This document shows, one piece after another, positions 1-8,091 of a DNA stretch of 64,000 bases; positions within the stretch are counted from its first letter, which is position 1, and each line of letters opens with the position of its first letter. This DNA comes from Fibrobacter succinogenes. Its GTDB lineage: Bacteria > Fibrobacterota > Fibrobacteria > Fibrobacterales > Fibrobacteraceae. The notes beneath the pieces are model-generated. The model ran no database searches. It worked only from the letters and a program-made list of their open reading frames with translations, and was not told where the DNA came from. Position numbers and translations under genes: made by a program. Location: assembly GCA_902779055.1 (NCBI GenBank), contig CACZAD010000009.1, forward strand, positions 12,130 to 76,129. The letters run 5' to 3'.

Positions 1-1655
1 CTGCAACGGTTGTCAATGTAGGCAAGAGCCGGCTTTTCGGCAGTAGCGTAGTTCGGGCACTTCCAGAGTTCCTTGCCGTCAAGGTTGATGTCCTGCTTGC
101 CCAAGTGCGGACCGCCCACGAGCATGCCCGGCACCGGATCATCGACAAAGTCAGATTCGCTTACGCGATGGTGCGGGAAACGCGGGCTTCTAAAGCCAAA
201 TCCCGTGACATAGGAAATTTCCAACGGGTTCTTGCCAAGCAAGTAGTCCAAGCACTGCTGGGCACCATCCAGGTAGCTCTTGTCGCCCGTGACATAGTAG
301 GCGTGCAAAAGCACAATGCCGTTATTGGCCATGGCACTGTTACTACCCCAGTTCCAGCTAGACGGAACAGCCGGGAGCCTATAAGCGCTCGTATCGCCAA
401 TGGCACGGAGTTCGTTGGCCACCTTGAGCAAAGCCTTACGGGCATCGCTGCCGAGCTTGGCGCCAAATTCCGTCGAGTCCATCGCCACACGGTAAACAGC
501 GAGCATGTTCACGTCACCCCACCAGGCGCCATCCGGACGGAACTTGTACTGTTTCAAGTCCTTGAGATAATCGGCCTTCTTCGTGGAGCGGTAAAGTTCG
601 GCGGCAGCAAAGGCGAATTCGTCCTTACCGTTTTCGTCGCCATAAGTGTAGTCACCCGTTTCGACATCGGACGGCTGCTTGTACAGAGCCTTCGGATGGC
701 GTTTTGCCCAATAGTAAGCGACTTCGGAAGCCTTGAGCATCTTGTTTGCAAAATCCTTGTCGAACTTGGCATACACGCGGGAAGCCTGGGCCATCACGGC
801 AGCAAAATCAAGCGTTGCAGTCAAGCTTTTTTCAATCGCATAACGCAAGGCGCCATCAATTTCGGGCATCGTGCTGGAGCCGAACTTGAGGGAGGTGAGC
901 TTGTGATAAACGCCACCGTCCTTGTCCTGCATCGAAAGCATCCAGTCGAGGTTCCAGCGGATTTCTTCCAGAAGTTCCGGCATCTTCGGGAATTCGCGCG
1001 GGATGTTCCATTGGAGCGTATCCGCAAAAGCCGGGAAGTGTTCGTAAAGTTCCAAAAGCGTAAACACGGTAATGCCCGAGTTCACAATGTACTTGCCGTA
1101 GTCACCGGCATCGTACCAGCCACGCTGCGACTTGATAATTTTCGCTTCGGCAGTCTTGGGAGCGGCCTTGCCCTGTTTCTTGGCGACCGTCGTTGCCGTC
1201 GGCAAATCCGTACCGTAAACAATCACCTTGTCGTCGATATGACCTGCGGCGCGGGCCCACTTGCCGGCATACTGCGTTTCGAGAGCCATACCGGCACGCT
1301 GGAAGTAGAACCACTTGATGGCGGCCTTCGTCAGGTCCACGTAAACGTTCTCGCCGATGACCACCGGATTGCCGATGTAGCCATCCCTGTAAAGGCGGTA
1401 CGTACCGGGCTTCTTGATTGACGAAATGTCGTACGTCTGGACTTCTTCGCCACTGTACTCCCAGTCATAGACCATCGGGGCTTCGAGCGTAAGCACCACA
1501 TTGCCCGCCATGTCGCGAACTTCGAGCGGATTGGCATCATTACCGGGAATCACAATCGTCTTTTCGGATTCCGGAGCAAAACCAAGCTGGTTCGCCAACG
1601 GGATAGCAAAAGACGGAACAGCAAGGGCAAACGCAGCAATTAGTTGTTTACGCAT
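1..1655 (-). CDS. Glycoside hydrolase family 9 endoglucanase with N-terminal Ig-like domain (3' end runs off the window; absent from the ORF track)
   Basis: Manual translation from ATG 1655 (GAGG RBS upstream): signal peptide MRKQLIAAFALAVPSFA, ANQLGF, FYFQRAG, GWYDAGDYGKY, YLLGKNP-SYVTGFG-PHHR, all GH9 hallmarks. Confidence 0.93.
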   Translation of the reverse strand, partial: MRKQLIAAFALAVPSFAIPLANQLGFAPESEKTIVIPGNDANPLEVRDMAGNVVLTLEAPMVYDWEYSGEEVQTYDISSIKKPGTYRLYRDGYIGNPVVIGENVYVDLTKAAIKWFYFQRAGMALETQYAGKWARAAGHIDDKVIVYGTDLPTATTVAKKQGKAAPKTAEAKIIKSQRGWYDAGDYGKYIVNSGITVFTLLELYEHFPAFADTLQWNIPREFPKMPELLEEIRWNLDWMLSMQDKDGGVYHKLTSLKFGSSTMPEIDGALRYAIEKSLTATLDFAAVMAQASRVYAKFDKDFANKMLKASEVAYYWAKRHPKALYKQPSDVETGDYTYGDENGKDEFAFAAAELYRSTKKADYLKDLKQYKFRPDGAWWGDVNMLAVYRVAMDSTEFGAKLGSDARKALLKVANELRAIGDTSAYRLPAVPSSWNWGSNSAMANNGIVLLHAYYVTGDKSYLDGAQQCLDYLLGKNPLEISYVTGFGFRSPRFPHHRVSESDFVDDPVPGMLVGGPHLGKQDINLDGKELWKCPNYATAEKPALAYIDNRC

Positions 1656-1767
1656 ACAAAACCTCATTTTCCTTAAAGATACCTTTAATTTTATCAAAAC
1701 GTACTCAGGATGGGCATATTAATGTTTACCGTAGGTAACAAGTGTATTAAGTGTAGTGGGAGGGTGT

Positions 1768-1790
1768 AGTAGACAGTAGACAGTGGTTAG
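1768..1790 (+). repeat. Heptamer tandem repeat AGTAGAC-AGTAGAC-AGTGGTT
   Basis: Seen directly; related arrays at 21189, 42648, 48940. Confidence 0.75.
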
Positions 1791-1800
1791 GGCTGTGTAA

Positions 1801-1906
1801 GGTGACCCCGGAAAGGCATACGAGGCGAACGCTGCGGCAAAGAATTTATTCTTTGGCATAGCTGAGCCGAAGGGCTTTGCGCTTGCGCAACAAGTGCGGG
1901 GTGACA
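1801..1906 (-). repeat. TGTCA-type palindromic repeat (TGTCACCCCG...CGGGGTCACC) with internal insert
   Basis: The reverse complement starts TGTCACCCCG and ends CGGGGTCACC, like the copies at 55671 and 62895; internal palindrome CAAAGAATTTATTCTTTG. Confidence 0.7.
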
Positions 1907-1913
1907 AGCGTAC

Positions 1914-1942
1914 AAAAAAAGCCCCGCAGCTAAACTGCGGGG
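1914..1942 (-). terminator. Rho-independent terminator after the GH18 gene
   Basis: CCCCGCAG-CTAAA-CTGCGGGG stem followed on the minus strand by T7. Confidence 0.85.
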
Positions 1943-1969
1943 ACTCTTAAACCTTGTCTTCTACGAAGA

Positions 1970-3025
1970 TTACTTCTTTGCGTTCTTGTAGTTGACGCCC
2001 GGACGGAGTTCGAGACCAACCGTCACAAGGAGAGAAACGATCGGTTCGTAGTGGTCCTGGGAAAGGTCATAGACGGCGACGCCGGCCATGCCTTCGCTCT
2101 TGACGTGCTGAGCCACAGCCTTCACGGACGGAATGCCCATGAACACAATGGATTCGGTTTCGCTCACAGCCACTTCGGACTTGGAAGCTTCATCGAAAGT
2201 CACCGTGTAGTCCGGCGTGTCAAAACGGTTCATGAGTTCTGCGTACGGGAGGTAACCTTCGTTACCGCTGCCCACGCCCTGATGAGCCGTGCCAAGGCCC
2301 TTTGCACCGGCAAAGGACTTGCCGTACAAGAACACCACCGGAGCAAGGAGATCCTTGTTCACACCGGCAGAAGCGACAGCGTCAAGCGTTTCCTGCACAG
2401 AGTTTGCGCTCTGATTCGGAACGAGGCTGCTTTCGCTTTCGGTCATGAGGTCGGTCATGAACACGTCCACGTAAGCGGCGCGGTTCAAGGCTTCGGCCTT
2501 GTAGGCATCCATACCGCCAGCCGGGTAAATCACGGCCGTCACCGTGGAGCCCGAAAGACCGTCGACCAAGGCGTTCAGCATCTTGGCGTAATCTTCGGAA
2601 TCATCCGACGTGAGGTTCTGCCAGTCGAGTTCGACACCATCGACACCGTTCGATGCGACCCAGTCCTTGACGTTCGAAACGAAGGTGGAGAGGGTTTCGT
2701 CAGAAGAAGCGATTGCCTTCAGGTTCGATTCAGCTTCCATACCGCCAACAGACACGATAATCTTGACACCGTTTTCCTTGGAAAGGTTCACAAGATTCTT
2801 GAAGTTGTCGGCATCGTATTCATCAGCCAAGGCAACGGAACCGTCTGCACTCGGAGCGACAGACATATAGTGAATGTCGGTCACGAAGTTGTAACGGATG
2901 TCCTTTGCGTAGAACTGGGAATACTGACTCCAATAAGGATAGAAGCCAATCACCTTGTCAGCAGCTGCCTGGGCCATAGAAGCGCAGCCCATAGCGAGAG
3001 CCAATGTAATAACTTTAAAGTTCAT
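1970..3025 (-). CDS. Secreted GH18 chitinase-like protein, predicted catalytically inactive
   Basis: Signal peptide; KVIGFYPYW, SVGG; DGVELDWQ in place of DxxDxDxE; FMTDL in place of MxYD; GMAGVAVYDLSQD. Confidence 0.88.
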   Translation of the reverse strand: MNFKVITLALAMGCASMAQAAADKVIGFYPYWSQYSQFYAKDIRYNFVTDIHYMSVAPSADGSVALADEYDADNFKNLVNLSKENGVKIIVSVGGMEAESNLKAIASSDETLSTFVSNVKDWVASNGVDGVELDWQNLTSDDSEDYAKMLNALVDGLSGSTVTAVIYPAGGMDAYKAEALNRAAYVDVFMTDLMTESESSLVPNQSANSVQETLDAVASAGVNKDLLAPVVFLYGKSFAGAKGLGTAHQGVGSGNEGYLPYAELMNRFDTPDYTVTFDEASKSEVAVSETESIVFMGIPSVKAVAQHVKSEGMAGVAVYDLSQDHYEPIVSLLVTVGLELRPGVNYKNAKK

Positions 3026-3039
3026 TTGAATACCTCATC

Positions 3040-3711
3040 CTATTGAATCACGCGGTCAGCGCCAGCTGCGTCACGGCAGTAAAGATTTGTATCGGCAACA
3101 AATTTCATGGCATCGGCAGCCTTTTCTGCCGTAGCAGAAGCTCTCTGCAAAGAATCAATCTTGAGCGTCTTGCGATCCGGATGATTAACCAGATCAGCAG
3201 CTTCGGCATCCGTGCACAGACGGTAAGCCCAACCATGAGACTGACCAAACATGATGTACTGCTGGGAGATCAAGAATTCATTGACAGGGATGTTCTGCAA
3301 TTCAGTAAGGTCTTCCGTCGTTCCGATAAAGTTGAACGCAAGAAGATCCGCAAGAACTGTCGAATCCGCCTGATCCGTTTCCCAACCGGCAGCATTGTAG
3401 CCACCCAGATACGGGTTAGCGTAAATGGAAGCAAGGGCAGTCGTGTTAGTCTTGAATGCAGCTTCATCATTAGCCTTGAGCGTTGCGGCATCTAAGCCCT
3501 GCTGTGCCCATGCAGCTTCTGTTGCCGCATTTTGATTACTGACATAGTCCTTGACCTGAAGAATGCGCAATTCCGGATGCAGGGCCATATAGACGTTTAC
3601 GTCGAAATCAGCCGGGAACGAATCCGAATAGGGGTCACTAACACTCATCGAGGAGCAAGCGCCCAAGACGCCTGCCAAGAGAATCATTGTGTACTGGTAA
3701 AGTTTTTTCAT
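3040..3711 (-). CDS. Hypothetical lipoprotein
   Basis: ATG 3711 with GAGG RBS; MKKLYQYTMILLAGVLGA-C lipobox; two further Cys. Confidence 0.8.
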   Translation of the reverse strand: MKKLYQYTMILLAGVLGACSSMSVSDPYSDSFPADFDVNVYMALHPELRILQVKDYVSNQNAATEAAWAQQGLDAATLKANDEAAFKTNTTALASIYANPYLGGYNAAGWETDQADSTVLADLLAFNFIGTTEDLTELQNIPVNEFLISQQYIMFGQSHGWAYRLCTDAEAADLVNHPDRKTLKIDSLQRASATAEKAADAMKFVADTNLYCRDAAGADRVIQ

Positions 3712-3723
3712 TTTCAGCACCTC

Positions 3724-5850
3724 TTAGAAATTGACCGTGACATCGGCGGCAACGACGTTCTTGTTGATGGAAAGCTTGTTTTCGACACCAGCAAACATGT
3801 AGTTCAATTCGTTGGAAAGCATACCGTACTGAACAGACAGGTAAGACAACGAAGCGAGCTTAACACGAACACCGGCCATGACCAGGCTTTCCGTAGACTT
3901 GTTCACGACGGCCTGGACCTGATCCAAAGTGACACCGTTGTCAAACTTCTTTTCGAACACCTGGAAACCAGCGAGGAAGGAGAACGGACCCCAGAAATCA
4001 GCCGTAAGACCAGCGATAAAGCGGGTAGCAGAACGCTTCAGGTAAGCCGATTCCTTGCTGGAGGAGAAGGAAGTCTGGACGAGAACCGTGCGGTCAATAT
4101 TGGTAAGTGCGCCAATATCAACACCGAGTCCGACACCGAATTCAGTGAACTTGTTTTCTTCGTAAGGAACAAGGCCGCCCAAAGACGGAGCGTAGGTCTG
4201 AGTCAACATATTGAAGCGAGCATTGAAGAACACCTTGTCGTCCCAGTTAGCGTCGGCCTTAGCCGTGATACCCTTGCGGTCCGGAGTGGCAACGCCGTAC
4301 GGCAATGCAAGACCCACGGACGGATCAAGAGCGATAAGCGGATCCAGTTCGAGCTTCTTGGAGATGGTCGCCGTGTAACCGTTACGGTAGAAGTGACCAT
4401 TCTTGTAGTTGTTGTTCAAGCGGGTAAAGAGGTATTCGCTTTCGGCATCACCATAGCTGGAGAGTGCGTTCGTGCGGTTCGTGGTCATCAAGTTCGTGGC
4501 CTGCAATGTCGTGGAGTTGTAGACATTGAAGTAGAGGTTTTCGAGGCTCGAAGAACCGAAGACAGACATGATCAGGCTGTCAACCGAATTGCCATACATA
4601 GCGTTGGCATTCAGGATGGTTGCACCGCCCTGGTAAACCGGCGAAGAAGCGAGTTCGGACCAGAAGGTGGAATCCGTCTGGAGGTAACCGGCGCTCACCT
4701 TGAAGTCGACGTTAGCGATATCGCCCTTGACAAAGAGGTTTGCAAAGAGGCTCTTGCCGTCTTCATCACGATATTCTTCGTTCGTAATATCCTGATACTT
4801 GACATTGCTTTCTCTTGCATAGACAACCTTGTTGCCCTTCAGAACAGCCTGAGCAAGTTCGTATCCGTACTTGGTCTTTGTGACCACGTAGTCACGATTG
4901 ACGCTCCACTTCGACATGGCGAATTCGCCATCGAGGCCGAAGGACACCGGAAGAGTCGGGAGAACCTTCTTGGAATCGAAGGCAGCATCGACAGAAATCA
5001 CTCTGTTCGTTTCGTAATAGACCGTATCCGTATCGAAGATCTGCTTAGAACGACGAGTGAGCTTGCGGTCAAACACGTTGACAAAGTTCACGCCGAGGTG
5101 TGCCCCATAGGCATCGGCTCCAACACGAGCACCAAGGAGGTAGCGGTCGGAGAAGTCGAAGTCGAAGAACACCTGGTCCACCTTCTTTGCAGTATTGCGA
5201 AGGCGGGCACCCGTGAGCTGGGCAGTAACGTTATCGACGACGCCAAGGCTTCCGCTATTGTAAACGACGTTAAGACCGTGCAGCAAGCGGCGGCTGGTCG
5301 TATCCAAGTTGCGCTTTTCGAGAGCTTCGCGACGCTTTTCCGCAAAGATTTCCGGTTCCTGGAGGATTTCGGTCTGCGGAGTGAAAATGGTGAGCGGCGT
5401 ATAACCGACACGCATATAACCCAAGTTGAAGTCCACATGCTTGTTCAGGATGGTACCATCGTAAGAGAACCAGTGACCGATAACCGGGTTGTTGTTCTCG
5501 TCGTAGGCACTCTGCCAATCCTTGTGCAAGCGCAACTGGACATCAATCATGGTCTCGGAACTCGGACGAGCGGACAAGCGCAGGTTCACGTCCGTGAATG
5601 CCTGGTTTTCCTGAGTCGGAGATTCGCTGGAATACTGGTCGGAATTGCCGATAGAAACAAGACCACCAGCCTTTGCCGAACCGTTGATCTTGAGTCCCAA
5701 CACGGCGGCGTTGAGAGAATCCAACTTTTCGAGCAAGGACTTCTGTTGTGTAACAACTTCAGCATTGTTGTCTGCAGCAAATGCAGACACTGCCGAAAGG
5801 GCTACAGCGGAGGTCAGTAAAAATTTGCGCATGTTCATATTGAAATTCAT
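3724..5850 (-). CDS. Large hypothetical outer-membrane beta-barrel-type protein (paralog 3)
   Basis: GGGAGG RBS; Sec signal ending AFA; alternating amphipathic strands; C-terminal VAADVTVNF beta-signal; shares motifs with the upstream ORFs. Confidence 0.75.
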   Translation of the reverse strand: MNFNMNMRKFLLTSAVALSAVSAFAADNNAEVVTQQKSLLEKLDSLNAAVLGLKINGSAKAGGLVSIGNSDQYSSESPTQENQAFTDVNLRLSARPSSETMIDVQLRLHKDWQSAYDENNNPVIGHWFSYDGTILNKHVDFNLGYMRVGYTPLTIFTPQTEILQEPEIFAEKRREALEKRNLDTTSRRLLHGLNVVYNSGSLGVVDNVTAQLTGARLRNTAKKVDQVFFDFDFSDRYLLGARVGADAYGAHLGVNFVNVFDRKLTRRSKQIFDTDTVYYETNRVISVDAAFDSKKVLPTLPVSFGLDGEFAMSKWSVNRDYVVTKTKYGYELAQAVLKGNKVVYARESNVKYQDITNEEYRDEDGKSLFANLFVKGDIANVDFKVSAGYLQTDSTFWSELASSPVYQGGATILNANAMYGNSVDSLIMSVFGSSSLENLYFNVYNSTTLQATNLMTTNRTNALSSYGDAESEYLFTRLNNNYKNGHFYRNGYTATISKKLELDPLIALDPSVGLALPYGVATPDRKGITAKADANWDDKVFFNARFNMLTQTYAPSLGGLVPYEENKFTEFGVGLGVDIGALTNIDRTVLVQTSFSSSKESAYLKRSATRFIAGLTADFWGPFSFLAGFQVFEKKFDNGVTLDQVQAVVNKSTESLVMAGVRVKLASLSYLSVQYGMLSNELNYMFAGVENKLSINKNVVAADVTVNF

Positions 5851-5865
5851 TCTAGTTACCTCCCA

Positions 5866-8076
5866 TTAAAATTCCACATTAATGGAAGCTTCAAAGATAG
5901 ACTGACTAAATTCATGCTTGTAGACACCCAAGGCGCCGTCACCTAACTTAGAGCTGAAGTAGTCCGGCAAGTTGCGAGTCGTTCCTTCGAGAGCGTTCGT
6001 ATTGTAGTCGTTCTTGACATTGACCATGCCGTAGTTGATGGCAAGCCATGCGTTGTCGCCAACCACATAGTCAAAGCCGACCATCCACTGCATCTGCTTG
6101 CTCTTCATGAGAGGAACGTCTCGACCGACGGAAGCATTGGTTCCGAGAACGCTACCGAGCAAAGAACCGTAGTCGGAATTGATCATCTGGAAGCCAGCCG
6201 TGATGCCGAGACGCGGCAAGAACTGGGCAGAAAGACCAACGTTGATAAAGTCGCTAGAAACCTTTCCTTCGGTAATTCCAAGCGTCGTTGTCGCAACAGA
6301 GCCAGGAAGAAGCGTCGTCTTGCCTTCGGAATGCTTGTAAGAACCGGCGATTTCAGCAGTCTTGTTGTAACTTGCACCAATGAACTTCGCGATATCGAAC
6401 TTGAGGCCTGCACCGTATTCCATGTAGGAGACCTTGTCAAATTCAGGATTTGCGACCTTCACCTGGTTGAACATGTCGAAAAGGATCTGGGCTTCGACCT
6501 TCTGTTCCCAGTCGCCCTTGATGTTGGCGCGGACACCCATGCGGTTCGGAGTAGCAAGACCGTTCGGCAAAGCGAGCTGAAGTGCATCGTCCGTCATCTG
6601 GCTCAAGAGGGCCAGCTGGGCGCGGGAGTAGACGTTGGAACCCCAAGAGTTCTTGTTGTAAAGACCGGCATTGTAGCTCTGGCTCTGACCGTCTCTGATC
6701 TTGACGTCATCGGTACCAAGAGAACGTTCCGATGCTGCAAACTTCGGAGAGTAGTTGTAGAGAGCGTCGAAGGTGGAGTAGAGCGGAGAGTTCACGCCAT
6801 ACTTGACCGTGTTACCGTCCTTATCGGAGTTGAGGATTCGCTGAGCAAAGAAGCTCGGGGACTGGGCCAGATTGTTGAACCACTTTTCGTCGTTGCGAAT
6901 GAAGTCCAAGGCCAAAGCCGCATTCCAGGATTCAACCTTGTAGCCAGCATTCAAGGTAGCGAGCAAGGCAGAACCGTTCACGTTTTCTTCGAGGTATCCG
7001 GCAGGAACCATTTCGCCAGTCGTAGGATCCGGCGCAGAATTAGCAGTCTTGACCTTGTCCATGGACATTGCATATTCTGCAACGAGGTCAAGAATGAGGT
7101 TCTTGTTGTTGAGGATTCCAGACACATCGGCACCGACGCGACCGCTAAAGACGAGCGTCTGCTGCGGAGAATCTTCGTACGGATTCACGAGCTGACGGAC
7201 ATATTCAGCACCCGGAACGTAGGAGGACGGGTCTTCGTGGCGGTAGATATAGGTCTTCGTCTTTTCGTTGTCGAAGATGAACATCGGAGTCAAGCCGACG
7301 TAAACATTCTTCTGGAGCGGAAGGAGTTCGAAGTTACCGGCAGCGACAAACTTATCCGTATTGGAAGCGAGCGAGAAACCGTCAATTTCGGTATCGTTCG
7401 GAAGGATGTTGCCTTCGGCACCGCTAAAGTCAAGGACAGAAACGCGGTTCACGCGGGCAAACAAGGCTTCGGCACGGAGTTCACCGATCGAAGGATTGAT
7501 TTCCTTGCGGAACTGGATGCTAGCACCCTGAAGGTTACGCTTGTTGCCTTCGAGGAGCTGTTCCTTTTCGGCCATGTGGCGCTTGCGAGCGAAAATCGTC
7601 GGTTCGTACATGATGTCGACACCGGGATTGAAAATCGTCAGCGGAGAGATCTGTTCGCGGAAGTCACCGACAACCCAGTAGAGGTAATTGCCGATATTGC
7701 CTTCGACGTTGAGCCACTTGGCTTCGAGAGTCTTAGCTGCGGCAGCGAAGTATTCCTGCATGCCGCCACCGAGGCGCATCATCACGTTGGCGCGGACATT
7801 TTCGTACGGACGGAAGCCGAAGTTCAGGTCGGCAGTCACGAATTCGTTACGTTCGACGTCCTGCATCGTGTTAAGGCTCGACGGATCCTGATCCGTATCG
7901 AAGCTAGAACGCTGGGCAACAGCACGAATGCTACCAGTAATTTCAACACCACGCTTGGCATTGGCGCTATCGGCCTTTGCTTGCAATGCCTTTTGGTTAT
8001 CCGCAATTGCAGAAGCCGAAGAGGCTACCGAAGCAGTAAGAAGGGCGAATAAAATTCTTTTCATTTTCATATTCAT
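5866..8076 (-). CDS. Large hypothetical outer-membrane beta-barrel-type protein (paralog 2)
   Basis: GGAGG RBS 9 nt before ATG 8076; signal peptide; C-terminal FEASINVEF; LALPNGLATPNRMG matches LALPYGVATPDRKG of paralog 3. Confidence 0.75.
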   Translation of the reverse strand: MNMKMKRILFALLTASVASSASAIADNQKALQAKADSANAKRGVEITGSIRAVAQRSSFDTDQDPSSLNTMQDVERNEFVTADLNFGFRPYENVRANVMMRLGGGMQEYFAAAAKTLEAKWLNVEGNIGNYLYWVVGDFREQISPLTIFNPGVDIMYEPTIFARKRHMAEKEQLLEGNKRNLQGASIQFRKEINPSIGELRAEALFARVNRVSVLDFSGAEGNILPNDTEIDGFSLASNTDKFVAAGNFELLPLQKNVYVGLTPMFIFDNEKTKTYIYRHEDPSSYVPGAEYVRQLVNPYEDSPQQTLVFSGRVGADVSGILNNKNLILDLVAEYAMSMDKVKTANSAPDPTTGEMVPAGYLEENVNGSALLATLNAGYKVESWNAALALDFIRNDEKWFNNLAQSPSFFAQRILNSDKDGNTVKYGVNSPLYSTFDALYNYSPKFAASERSLGTDDVKIRDGQSQSYNAGLYNKNSWGSNVYSRAQLALLSQMTDDALQLALPNGLATPNRMGVRANIKGDWEQKVEAQILFDMFNQVKVANPEFDKVSYMEYGAGLKFDIAKFIGASYNKTAEIAGSYKHSEGKTTLLPGSVATTTLGITEGKVSSDFINVGLSAQFLPRLGITAGFQMINSDYGSLLGSVLGTNASVGRDVPLMKSKQMQWMVGFDYVVGDNAWLAINYGMVNVKNDYNTNALEGTTRNLPDYFSSKLGDGALGVYKHEFSQSIFEASINVEF

Positions 8077-8091
8077 TTTTAGCAACCTCCC

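Noticed and set aside
105-1421. 438-aa plus-strand ORF
   Set aside because: Antisense shadow of the GH9 gene, which the track missed because its stop lies outside the window
1720-1910. Possible ncRNA or small ORF between GH18 and GH9
   Set aside because: Explained by a heptamer array, a palindromic repeat and the adjacent terminator
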